Notes under the pieces: generated by a model
Databases searched by the model: none
Told to the model about the DNA's origin: nothing
Seen by the model: only the letters and a program-made list of their open reading frames with translations
Origin: Eukaryota sp. TZLM1-RC
Taxonomy: Eukaryota; Protista; Metamonada: BaSk clade
Direction of reading: 5' to 3'
Length of the DNA: 64,000 nucleotides
Assembly: GCA_040285825.1 (NCBI GenBank)
Contig: JAUPSS010000007.1
Span: forward strand, 396,501-460,500
Shown: piece by piece, positions 37,437 through 48,524 of the stretch
Layout of the letters: each line of letters starts with the position of its first letter
Numbering within the stretch: position 1 is the stretch's first letter
Program-made: the position numbers and the translations under genes

Positions 37437-40338
37437 ATCACCAATGGTTAGTGACTAGCTAATCATGAGCGGCTCTTCAATGTCTAGCCGAAGAACTGCT
37501 GAACTTATTCTATTTCAGATTAAAGCAAATAGTGCAGTATATGTACTGAAACAGGAACTCAACATTTGCATGTTTTCCATGTTCTAAAAATACAAAGAAT
37601 TTGTTCATCTGGAACGAACAATCTAAATCAACACCGTGAAGTGAAATTTGGATAAAACAATTACAATGGTTCAATTTCTCAGAGGTAGTATGATAGTAAG
37701 TCTGTTATGACTAAATATATATCGATTAAGGTTAATTAATGCCATTAGATTAAGGTTATTGTTTGATTTAAAGCATGTTAATTTTCCAGTGCCGGGTCTA
37801 TGTCGGGTCTGTGTTTTTGTAAGGAAGTGTTTTCACTATGAGTCTCTTCTTTTAAAATTCAATTAAAAAGAATGACAACTTGTAAAAACATATTTACGGA
37901 AACAAAAACTAAATAACCTATAAAGGTCCAAAAACATGTAGAATATACAGACACACGTAATCAGATCTTTCTTGACCGTAATCAACTTCAAACAGTTAAA
38001 ACCTGAATGATTGATGATGACTCAGTCGTTTATGTATTTATGATTAGAGACTTTAAATAGAGAGAATTACTCTCAATATTTGGTGGAGACTCTAAACTGT
38101 AGCAACAATGAAACAGAACGAACAGTGAAGAGAAAACTGAGATTAACTGTAGCGTAAGAGAAGTAAACGAAGCAAAATGAAAAACAAACTGTGAAGAATG
38201 ATCGAATCAACGATTGAGTAGATGAAAAGGCTGCTTCTCAAATAATTAAATCCAATTAAAAAGTAAGAAAAAATAATCTATAGTTTTGAAAAAAAATTTG
38301 AATTCAACAATGAAATGCAAATTATTGAAAAAATTATTTGGAACAATAACAAAAAAAATTGCCAGAAAATTATTCAAGAGAACAGAAAACGAAAAAAAGC
38401 AATAAGAAAAGAAAAGAAGTAGAATGAGGAACAACAAAAATCAAAGTCCCAGGTTCAATTCCCAATACCATGGCGTTGAGGGAGGTAACCAATTCGAAAA
38501 AAGCAGTCAGAGCGAAACCCAAAAACATTGTTGAACGTGGGGTGAATAGCATTAGTAGTAGAGTCTGAATTTATGACTGTAGAAAGAATGCACTATCACC
38601 ATCAGAGAAGAAGAAAAGTTGAGTCTGGGATTATCATTTGTGGATTAAGAGGAGAGAGGAATAGCAGATTTTCTACATGTTTCACAGATTCAAGGATACC
38701 TTCAGAACAAGTAACTGTGCACGTTTTGGCAAGAGTTGATGGATAAAAGACAGTCGAGTTGGATACAAATCCAGTGAACAAAAGGGTGACTGTGGACTAG
38801 ACTGTGGTAAAGATATCAATTTCTGTTTGGAAACATAGTTTAAGATTACACTGAAACCCATTTTGTTGTGACGTCATGACAGCAGTGTGGATGGGGTGCG
38901 CACTCCTTGCCAATTTTTGTCTCTTCATTTTTATAAATTTTATTCAATAAAAGTATACCTTAATGCAAAGTAATCATAAATAATATTATAGAAATGAAGG
39001 ATAGTTGCTCTTTTTACTGTGAAACGAAATTTCTGAAGGAACAGGAAGACTCATAGTGGAAAAGATTGTGTTGGAAAGTTAGTACTTTAATGGTCAAATG
39101 GAATAATTCAAATTGAATTACAAAAAAGGTTGAGTTGGTTTTTGCGAATTAATTTCATGTACTAAATTAATTGGTAAAAATTTGAAAATATAATCATAAC
39201 AAAAATTCTGATTTGTCATGACGTCATGACGTAATCTTCAACTGTGTTTTGAAAGAATTCAGTTTAAGACACAATTCAGAAATCAAAAAAATCAATTCAA
39301 TTTGTTTCGACTTGCCTTGCTTTCAGCCAATATTACTCGGATTTAAAAGAGTTCCACTTTTAGTATTTGCTGCCATGTTGGTATTATTGATTTTGACTTT
39401 GGTTATCTTACAGTGGAAAGAACCAAAATAATGATGCTATGATAATACAACATAAACAGGAATTTTATCATGTCAATTTCATTAAGAAAAACAACATATG
39501 AAAGTAATAAAGTTAATACAAGGCTTAAATAAATACAATTTATACAAAAAGATGAGAAACTCTGTAGCTAATGTCAACAAGCAATGAGGTTTCCATCAAA
39601 AGTGTAAACATTCCAAAAAGTAGAGATGAATGACAGACAAAGGGAACATTCAAGCGGATGGACTAAAGATTACTCTCCCCGCATACCATACTACCAGGTA
39701 CAGTGAAAGCTTGACAATGACTTCGAAAGTGACATGTTTCATAATGGTGGGGAGAATAATGCAGGTACAATCACTTCTCCTCTCTTAATACCTAGAGGTC
39801 TCTTCTCAGTTAGAATCTCAATATAGCACTAGAGCAGACATCATTGCTGAATTTACTTCATGTGTAATGATTCTCTCAACATAGTCTTCCACATGTCTTT
39901 CCATATGTCTTTCACATATTTCTGACAAGCCCACTGTATCTATAGCACCTCGAGAGGCTTTTGTTGGTAGTGGTGATCCTTCAGATACATCATCCCTTCC
40001 TAAAACAAGGAGTTTAGACACTCACGCTCTCAAGAAAGGTCTGACACTTGAAAGAAAGGGCATTCTTGCAGCTTAAAAACTTCTGAAACAACAGATCGTT
40101 ACTGTGCAACAAGACATTGAGAGACTTGGCAAAATCAAGCAAGAGTGCCCTTTCATGGAGTTAACCCCAACTAACCCCAACTAACCCTAAGTACAGAGCT
40201 TTTGTTGTATGTTATTTAGTTTTTCCATGTTTTCTGGCTTGTAGTTTTATATTTATGTTTTAAATTCCTTAGTTCAGTTCTTTTCAACTGGTTGTCGTTG
40301 TTGCTTTTCTACCTTTTTACACCTCAATAAACATTTTC
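37437..40338. repeat. Right inner arm of the inverted duplication
   Basis: Reverse complement of 28058-30954. Confidence 0.93.
38834..39246. mobile_element. MITE-like element, mirror copy of 29149-29563
   Basis: CATAGTTTAAGATTAC ... GTAATCTTCAACTGTG. Confidence 0.55.
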
Positions 40339-41210
40339 ATTCTCGTACTTCTCAATCTCTTTTTCTTTCGATTCGAGCGGAACTTTGGGACATCTCGTCA
40401 AGATATGTGACAAATGAGTCTGTAATACCAGAAGAAGTGACAAACTCATCGACGTAATACTTTTCGTGCTCTTTGTGCTCGAGTGTGCGGAGAAAGGGCT
40501 CCACAGAAATGGGAAAAAAGGATTTATGGTGAACTTTACACAAAAATACAACTGAGAGTGGCTCCTTTTTTTTTGATTTTGCCCACTCATTCCAATTTCT
40601 TATGAAAACCAAATGTTCTGATTATAAGGGATTTCCTATGAAAAAGCGGCTCAATCCAATGAGATTATTTAATAAACAATCAACATTATTTATCCAAGGA
40701 ACATTAGCAAGAAGTATTTCAAGCTGTTTAGAAAACATTCATTCACGCGAAATGTAAGCTCCCTCTATGATTGTTTTAAATCTGGAAAGACTAACCAACC
40801 AGATGAAGTTAGACCTATTCCTATCGGAGAATCATTGACCAAATTGCTTTCTTTTAATTAATAATTGCAATACCATATCAGCAAATATATTTTGGATTGA
40901 GGTTTTAAATAATATTTTGTACTCAGTCAGGCGTACCACTATTCATGAGGACTTTTTTGAAAAATTTCCTGGGTCTTCTGCTTATTTTTGTCTAACTTAT
41001 AGATAAAAATTGGCTCTAATTGATGGAGCTATTTCTCTGCATATGGTGGGACCCAAAATGATCTTCTAGGACTCTGTTTCTATATTTAACATTACAAGAT
41101 TAGCTGTGTTGTGTCTTGTGCTGAACATACAGTGTATTGCTCAGGATGATATCCAATTTGTAATTGAAGGTGTTCCCGAAATCCTCAAAAATAAGGAAGT
41201 AAAATACTAT

Positions 41211-42038
41211 TGATGCCGTTAGGCAGATGAACACACGAAGGAGAGAGAGAAATCTGAGTTTATTAATAAAACTGATTCATAAACGAGTATCACGTCATCA
41301 GTCAAAATACAATGAAACCTACTAATTCAATTTAAGTTCGACAACAACACTACTTTTTCCCATTTTTCTGAGGACAAATACAGTACTGGCTCAATAGAGG
41401 GGAGATATGGGGTTTGTTAAATTCTCCGGTGCATCGATGGTATGAGAACGTTGGATACCTACGAAAAGAAGTCCTCTGGCAAATCGGTTCAGAAAAGCTA
41501 TGTCTGGCAACTTCAGTCCGGAAGCCCTACTCTTTACCTGGAAAAAACGTCGCAGGTAACAGGACATACGTTCTCGGACGTCACCAATACGGACATAAAG
41601 CATCAGTTCTGACATAGCCAGACTAAAATCTTCGTACATGGCGAACGATACGACAGATTGTAGATGTTTGAGAAGAACATCGTCACTGGATCAGCCGTCG
41701 GATTTCTGGAGAGATAGGGACTCTAACAGAAAAGAATCGACCAAGAGTCTTGCTGGAACAAGCTCTTTCTTAGGAGTCACCGAAGAATAAATCTTTCACT
41801 CCTATAGGAACAGAAGAACACTTTCAACTTTCATGGAAGAAAGAGACGTCAGGTTAACAGAGGGAACAGTCATCTGAAATAAGAAGGGCCAATAATTATT
41901 GATGCCGTTAGGCAGATGAACACACGAAGGAGAGAGAGAAATCTGAGTTTATTAATAAAACTGATTCATAAACGAGTATCACGTCATCAGTCAAAATACA
42001 ATGAAACCTACTAATTCAATTTAAGTTCGACAACAACA
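41211..42038 (-). mobile_element. Internally deleted (TRIM-like) LTR retrotransposon
   Basis: Identical 139-bp LTRs (41211-41349, 41900-42038) with TG...CA ends; TSD CTAT (41207-41210, 42039-42042); minus-strand polypurine tract GGGAAAAAGTAG next to the 3' LTR; decayed gag-like ORF inside. Confidence 0.9.
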
Positions 42039-42045
42039 CTATTGG

Positions 42046-44214
42046 TCAAAAGGGTTGTTTATTTTCATTTACATAGTCACCAAAAAGATCAATCAACCAG
42101 CCATCAGTTGGATATTGAATCCACCATGGAAAACAATAAAATTCAACCAAATTTTCATTCTTGATAAGTTTAACGGATTTAATTAAACCTTGATTCTTAA
42201 ATTTCACTGGTGATAGGGGAGATTTAGACAGATTGTGTTTATCAGGTCCCCTCAACTGAATGAATTGCAAAGAGGGAAAGTTTTGTTCAGTGATATTGGT
42301 AGGAATAAGGTCATGAATTACCAATTCCTTCACCCTTGGTAACTGCATTTGAATATTAACGTGTACATGAAAACAGACTTCCAAGGTAACAATGGAATTA
42401 GATAGTGCCACTTCTCCTTTTAATACACTTTTTGAAAGGCGGTGAGATAACACAAGCAATTCTTTCAATAAGGTGAGATAGCTCAAGTCCGTGACAACAA
42501 TTCTTTGATGTTTAAGCACTAACTTCACTAGTGAGGTGGGTAATTTCTGTATAGTCACAGTGCAATCAAGCTCTAGACATTGGAGCTTTGATAAATGTTC
42601 CAAATTTACTGAAGACCTTCTACCAAGAATCGACCTTCCACAAAGCTTAACATCTTCAACATTGGGGAAAAATGCCAACAACTCTGGGTCACCATTAAAA
42701 CCATCACAGTAAACATCAAGTTTTCTGATTTTTCTGTTAATTACATTGGGACCATTGTATTTAGTAGAAAATCGTAATTGTAAATCACAAATATTTTCAT
42801 CTAATTCTAAATTTTGAGGATCTTGTATACACATCTTATTGTGAATTGGATGAACATTAAACACTTCTTGAGCAAATTGAACTACTCTTTTACTAATACC
42901 ACATTTGGTGTAAAATCTTGCTTTAACATAAGGGTGATTGTCAAAAAGCTCATCTAAATAATTCAAATATTCCCAATAAACACGCTTAATTAGACCACTA
43001 AACATTCTATCCAAAGGCTGCTTTGGAAATCGGAACCTACCAAGTATTTCCGACAAAAATAACTGGACAGGTTGTGGTCGATCAATCAAATCACCTGTAC
43101 CTAATTGACCTTTATTATTCCTTCCCCAAGCCCAAACAGTGTTTTTGTTGTAGGCAAAAATGAAGTCTTCACCGACAGCAATACCTTCTATATTGGGAAG
43201 AGCTTTGATACACCGTGGTTCCTCAGAATCTTCATAAACATCACTTAATCTACTCAACTTACCCCACACAAAAACTTCACCATTAATATCAACGGCAGAA
43301 TAAATACCCTCACAACCACTGATAGAAACAATATTTGTTAAACCAACAATTTGAGTAGGTTTTTCATTAAAACAGAAATTGTCCGAGTTTTTGATGAACT
43401 TCCAAACAAAACCATCAAAATCAATAACGAATAGACAATTACTGTCAAATAGAAAGGAGCTTTGGAAAGGTCTTTTTAGAGATGAGTGGTTAGTAATTGG
43501 TATCTCAGTGATGGGAGCGATTTCTATACTATCATCAGAACTATAATAATCATCAGAACTGGAATCACCATGATCAGAACTATTTTCTTCACGTTGTAAG
43601 TTGAAGTTGAAATAGAAGAAATCACCATTTTCATCAATTGCTACAAACGAATCACCACAAGCAGAAATGGAAGCAATACCATTCAATTCTTCTATTAATT
43701 CAAATGGTTTATCATCTCCCCATTTGATCACGTGACCTTCCTTGGACACAGCAAATGAACAACACCCACCTCCATAAACTTCCCTTGGATTGAAAGGAAT
43801 TTCGATTTGGGTAATTGGTAGTGAACGACTATAAGACATGCAAATTTGATTTTCATAACTGTTACCCCACCCATATAACTTACCTTCAGAAGAGAGCGCA
43901 AGGGAGTGATTAATTCCAGCTGAAATAGAGATAATACCAGTTAGTGGTAATTTGATTGGTGATTTGATTCTATAAGATCCATCACAAAAGACTTGGCCAA
44001 AAAAATTAAGTCCCCAACCATAAACATCACCAGAATATGTGAGAAGAAGGATGTGCTGATAAGACGCTGAAATGAACTTAACCCCTACCCAAGGTTCGAT
44101 CGGAGGGGAGCAAGGGTGGGAGGAAAGCGACGAATCTTCACGGATAAGAATGGCATCAGTCGATTCCCGGAGAGTTATGTGAGAAGCGCCAAACATCTGA
44201 CACAATGGAAACAT
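42046..44214 (-). CDS. RCC1-repeat + LRR-like family protein, copy 4 (native 5' end replaced by Fanzor-antisense sequence)
   Basis: Open frame. Homology to copies 3 and 5 ends at ~44187; the in-frame ATGs (44196, 44214) lie in Fanzor-derived DNA. Confidence 0.75.
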   Translation of the reverse strand: MFPLCQMFGASHITLRESTDAILIREDSSLSSHPCSPPIEPWVGVKFISASYQHILLLTYSGDVYGWGLNFFGQVFCDGSYRIKSPIKLPLTGIISISAGINHSLALSSEGKLYGWGNSYENQICMSYSRSLPITQIEIPFNPREVYGGGCCSFAVSKEGHVIKWGDDKPFELIEELNGIASISACGDSFVAIDENGDFFYFNFNLQREENSSDHGDSSSDDYYSSDDSIEIAPITEIPITNHSSLKRPFQSSFLFDSNCLFVIDFDGFVWKFIKNSDNFCFNEKPTQIVGLTNIVSISGCEGIYSAVDINGEVFVWGKLSRLSDVYEDSEEPRCIKALPNIEGIAVGEDFIFAYNKNTVWAWGRNNKGQLGTGDLIDRPQPVQLFLSEILGRFRFPKQPLDRMFSGLIKRVYWEYLNYLDELFDNHPYVKARFYTKCGISKRVVQFAQEVFNVHPIHNKMCIQDPQNLELDENICDLQLRFSTKYNGPNVINRKIRKLDVYCDGFNGDPELLAFFPNVEDVKLCGRSILGRRSSVNLEHLSKLQCLELDCTVTIQKLPTSLVKLVLKHQRIVVTDLSYLTLLKELLVLSHRLSKSVLKGEVALSNSIVTLEVCFHVHVNIQMQLPRVKELVIHDLIPTNITEQNFPSLQFIQLRGPDKHNLSKSPLSPVKFKNQGLIKSVKLIKNENLVEFYCFPWWIQYPTDGWLIDLFGDYVNENKQPF

Positions 44215-45739
44215 TTGTAAATTTGTATTTGAGGGCAATGTTTTATATTAATAATTATTGAGAAGATGAGGAGAGCAAACTCCTCAATACTCTTCCTTTG
44301 AAGAATTCTTGTATTTCCTCATATATCAAAATTGACAAGACAAGTTTTTGGACTTGTTCTTTGTCCAATTAAAGGACTTTCATGGTCAAAGGTCGTTGAT
44401 TTGTTTTTATGGAATATCTTTTTGAAAATGGATAAAAACACTAAACACAGATTAAAAACACTAAACTTTATTCAGAAAATTCCAAGTTCATCATGTGCAG
44501 TATCGAGACTAATGGAATAGCAGTAAGTTTCATTCAATCTAGAATGGACTTGAAAAAGTACAAAGAAACTCCAGAAGAATTGAAAGATAAAGAAAAATAT
44601 ATTGATGACCCCAGTGTCAATCCTTCTGAATTCCAAGATATGACCCTTGCTGCTACTGATCCAGCTAACCCTGATCTACTTTATTTTTCTACCAATTTAG
44701 CTACTAGAATGACTCATTCAAAAAACCTGAAAGAGATAAATATGTTCATTCCAGGTACACTCAAAATCAACGAAGATTTGAGTCGAAAAGTTCCAAATTC
44801 CAAAGAATAAGAGACATCATACGGAATGACACTCTTATCTACTGGTAAAGTGATTGACCTATCCAATTATGAACCATCTGAAGAGCAGCAAAAAAGGATG
44901 GATTTAAACAGCAGTATAATTAATCAAATGACTGAAAGAACAATTAGTTTATTAACAGGAAAAGTACCTCAAGAAATCAATATTCCCCACGAAATTGATT
45001 AATCATTCAATTTGAGAAAAAATGATCAAAAAACTAAATCTGTAGCAGAATGGGAAGCAACATTATCCCAATTCAATTCCAAAAGCTGCAGGTTTGATAG
45101 AATTATGGAGTATATTAAACAAAAGAATTATGTGAATAGTATTGTTGGTGAAGTCTATCATCAAAAAACATCGAGGAAACTAAGATGGTGGGCTGAGATT
45201 AATCGCACAAGATCTGAGGCGAAGATGATTCAGAGATTCAAATCAGTAATTGGTGATCCCAGCCAAGTAGTTATTGGAATCGGAGACTGAGAACAACGAA
45301 AACACATGAAATTCAAAGAACCTACCAAAGGAAAAAAATTGAGAATTCTATTTAAAAAGGCTGGTTATAAGGTCTTCTTGATTGATGAGTTTCAAACCAG
45401 TTGCTGTTATTTCAACTGTAAGAAAGCGGAGAAAACAGTGGAAAAATTCCGATGGTGCACAAATTCCAGGCCATGGAAGAGGCATGAGATGTCTATTCGT
45501 CACGGGCTTACTACGTGCAAATCATGCGAAAGATTGTGGAATAGAGATCGAAATGCTTCGCTGAACATGTTGGCAGTGATGGAAGTTCATATAAATGGTG
45601 GAGATAGACCGGAATACCTGCAGAGAGCCAAGGTTGTCTATGGTTCAAAGAAAATGGAATCAATGAGAAAATCTCCCACTTCTCAAAAACTCAGTCCCTC
45701 TACATCGGTGTAAAAAGGACACTTATTTCATTGTTATGG
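44190..45739 (+). pseudogene. Fanzor1-type nuclease remnant (family 3), 5'-truncated, with 3' tail
   Basis: YLRAMFYIN..LPLKNSCISSYIKID, SIETNGIAVSF, RuvC-I AATDPAN, RKLRW..INRTRSEAKMI..VVIGIGD, EPTKGK, RuvC-II IDEFQTS, RHGLTTCKSC, RuvC-III WNRDRNASLN, RPEYL. Several stops and frameshifts. Confidence 0.9.
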
Positions 45740-45754
45740 ACATCATCTGTTTCA

Positions 45755-47983
45755 ATGACTCAAAAAAATGTCTCTCCTGATACCTCTATTCCTTCCTACT
45801 CCCCAACACAACACATTGGTCATGTTTTCACAAACCCTTCTCTTGATCTCTTGCCCGATGCTCCAATTACTCGTCAATCAGCTACAAGCCGACTTAGTTC
45901 TGAACAAACCCTTGCCGCTGCTTCTCACATTCCTCTCCGAGAACCAGGGGTAGGGGTTAAGTTCATTTCAGTGTCTCATCAGCACATCCTTCTTCTCACA
46001 TATTCTGGTGAGGTTTACGGGTGGGGGCGTAATTTCTATGGTCAAGTTTTTCATAATGGACCTTGTAGAATCAAATCGCCAATCAAATTACCACTTACTG
46101 GTATTATCTTCATTTCAGCTGGAATTACTCACTCCCTTGCGCTCTCTTCTGAAGGTAAGTTATATGGGTGGGGTAACAGTTATGAAAATCAAATTTGCAT
46201 GTCTTATAGTCGTTCACTACCAATTACCCAAATCGAAATTCCTTTCAATCCAAGGGAAGTTTATGGAGGTGGGTGTTGTTCATTTGCTGTATCCAAGGAA
46301 GGTCAGGTGATCAAATGGGGAGATGATAAACCATTTGAATTAATAGAAGAATTGAATGGTATTGTTTCCCTTTCTGTTTTCGGTGATTCTTTTGTAGCAA
46401 TTGATGAAAATGGTGATTTCTTCTATTTCAACTTCAACTTACAACGTGAAGAAAATAGTTCTGATCATGGTGATTCCAGTTCTGATGATTATTATAGTTT
46501 TGATGATAGTATAGAAATTGCTCCCATCACTGAGATACCAATTACTCACCACTCATCTCTAAAAAGACCTTTCCAAAGCTCCTTTCTATTTGACAGTAAT
46601 TGTCTATTCGTTATTGATTTTGATGGTTTTGTTTGGAAGTTCATCAAAAACTCGGACAATTTCTGTTTTAATGAAAAACCTACTCAAATTGTTGGTTTAA
46701 CAAATATTGTTTCTATCAGTGGTTGTGAGGGTATTTATTCTGCCGTTGATATTAATGGTGAAGTTTTTGTGTGGGGTAAGTTGAGTAGATTAAGTGATGT
46801 TTATGAAGATTCTGAGGATCCTCAGTCTATCAAAACTTTCACTAATATAGAAGGTATTGCTGTTGGTGAAGACTTTCTTTTTGCCTACAACAAAAACACT
46901 GTTTGGGCCTGGGGAAGGAACAATGTAGGTCAATTAGGTACAGGTGATTTGATTGATCGACCACAACCTGTCGAGCTATTTTTGTCGGAAATACTTGGCA
47001 GGTTCCGATATCCAAAGCAGCTTTTGGATAGAATGTTTAGTGGTCTAATTAAGCGTGTTTATTGGGAATATTTGAATTATTTAGATGAGCTCTTTGGTAA
47101 TCATCCATATGTTAAAGCAAGATTTTACACCAAATGTGGTATTAGTAAAAGAGTAGTTCAATTTGCTCAAGAAGTGTTTAATGATCATCCAATTCAAAAT
47201 AAGATGTGTATACAAGATCCTGAAAATTTAGAATTAGATGAAAATATTTGTGAATTGCAATTACGATTTTCTACTAAATATAATGGTCCTAATGTAATTA
47301 ACAAAAAAATCAGAAAACTTGATGTTTACTATAATGCGTTTAACGGTGACCCAGAGCTGTTGGCATTTTTCCCCAATGTTGAAAATGTTAGGTTTGGTGG
47401 AAGGTCGATTCTTGGTAGAAGGTCTTCAGTAAATTTGGAACATTTATCAAAGTTCCAATGTCTAGAGCTTGATTGCACTGTGACTATACAGAAATTACCC
47501 ACCTCACTAGTGAAGTTAGTGCTTAAACATCAAAGAATTGTTGTCACGGACTTGAGCTATCTCACCTTATTGAAAGAATTGCTTGTGTTATCTCACCGCC
47601 TTTCAAAAAGTGTATTAAAAGGAGAAGTTGCACTATCTAATTCCATTGTTACCTTGGAAGTCTGTTTTCATGTACACGTTAATATTCAAATGCAGTTAAC
47701 AAGGGTGAAGGAATTGGTAATTGACCTTGTCCCTACCAATATTACTGGACAAAACTTTCCCTCTTTGCAATTTCTTCAGTTGAGGGGACCTGATAAACAC
47801 AATCTGTCTAATTCTCCCCTATCACCAGTGAAATTTAAGAATCAAGGTTTAATTAAATCCGTTAAACTAATCAAGAATGAATTTTTAGTTGAATTATCTT
47901 GTTTTCCGTGGTGGATTCAGTATTCAGCTAATGGCTGGTTGATTGATGTATTTGGTGACTATGTAGATGTAAATAAAATATAG
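45755..47983 (+). CDS. RCC1-repeat + LRR-like family protein, copy 5 (ATG 45755)
   Basis: Intact ORF; mirror of copy 3. Confidence 0.87.
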   Translation: MTQKNVSPDTSIPSYSPTQHIGHVFTNPSLDLLPDAPITRQSATSRLSSEQTLAAASHIPLREPGVGVKFISVSHQHILLLTYSGEVYGWGRNFYGQVFHNGPCRIKSPIKLPLTGIIFISAGITHSLALSSEGKLYGWGNSYENQICMSYSRSLPITQIEIPFNPREVYGGGCCSFAVSKEGQVIKWGDDKPFELIEELNGIVSLSVFGDSFVAIDENGDFFYFNFNLQREENSSDHGDSSSDDYYSFDDSIEIAPITEIPITHHSSLKRPFQSSFLFDSNCLFVIDFDGFVWKFIKNSDNFCFNEKPTQIVGLTNIVSISGCEGIYSAVDINGEVFVWGKLSRLSDVYEDSEDPQSIKTFTNIEGIAVGEDFLFAYNKNTVWAWGRNNVGQLGTGDLIDRPQPVELFLSEILGRFRYPKQLLDRMFSGLIKRVYWEYLNYLDELFGNHPYVKARFYTKCGISKRVVQFAQEVFNDHPIQNKMCIQDPENLELDENICELQLRFSTKYNGPNVINKKIRKLDVYYNAFNGDPELLAFFPNVENVRFGGRSILGRRSSVNLEHLSKFQCLELDCTVTIQKLPTSLVKLVLKHQRIVVTDLSYLTLLKELLVLSHRLSKSVLKGEVALSNSIVTLEVCFHVHVNIQMQLTRVKELVIDLVPTNITGQNFPSLQFLQLRGPDKHNLSNSPLSPVKFKNQGLIKSVKLIKNEFLVELSCFPWWIQYSANGWLIDVFGDYVDVNKI

Positions 47984-48524
47984 ATAATACAATCTATATT
48001 CAGCAATAGACACAACACAGCTAATCTAGTAATGTCAAGCATTAGAACAGAGGCCTGGAATGTCACTTTGTTTCAAGACATTTGTATATTAAAAAAGCAA
48101 ATAATTAGAGCCGACATTTTTCAATAAATAAGATCAAAGTACACAGAGATCCCATCAAATTTTTCAAGAATGACATACACTACATAGAGTTCAAAGAATT
48201 ATTCAAAAACTCAAACCAGGATTGTATTTGGTGTTATGTTATAGTGAATACACAATTCTACCCACCAAAAGCACAGAAAGACTTTATTAGTTTTAATTTC
48301 AAATTGAAAAGCCTTGAAACATTTCTGGCTTTAGTGGATACTTTGCTATCATTGATTAGAAGAAAGGGATCCGGTTAATGATTATCCAACAAGAATAGGT
48401 CTAACATTATTTTGTTATTTTTTCAGGTTTAACTGAAGCACTCATTCAGATAGCTTATTTTTGATTTGGAGCTAGAAATATCGTGGTCATCGTTTTCCAT
48501 AATCTATTACCCATCTCTACAACA

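Noticed and set aside
38440-38470. tRNA-like GGTTCAATTCCC...ACCA (mirror copy at ~29927-29955)
   Set aside because: No A-box, D arm or acceptor-stem pairing upstream.
28058-40338. 2.9-kb arms read as giant TIRs of one composite transposon
   Set aside because: No TSD, and the mirror symmetry continues outward, so they are better explained as part of the larger palindrome. Not fully excluded.
26786-45739. 25-bp inverted repeat read as the TIRs of a 19-kb transposon
   Set aside because: The similarity continues ~400 bp inward as Fanzor coding sequence, so these are mirrored copies of one Fanzor 3' end.
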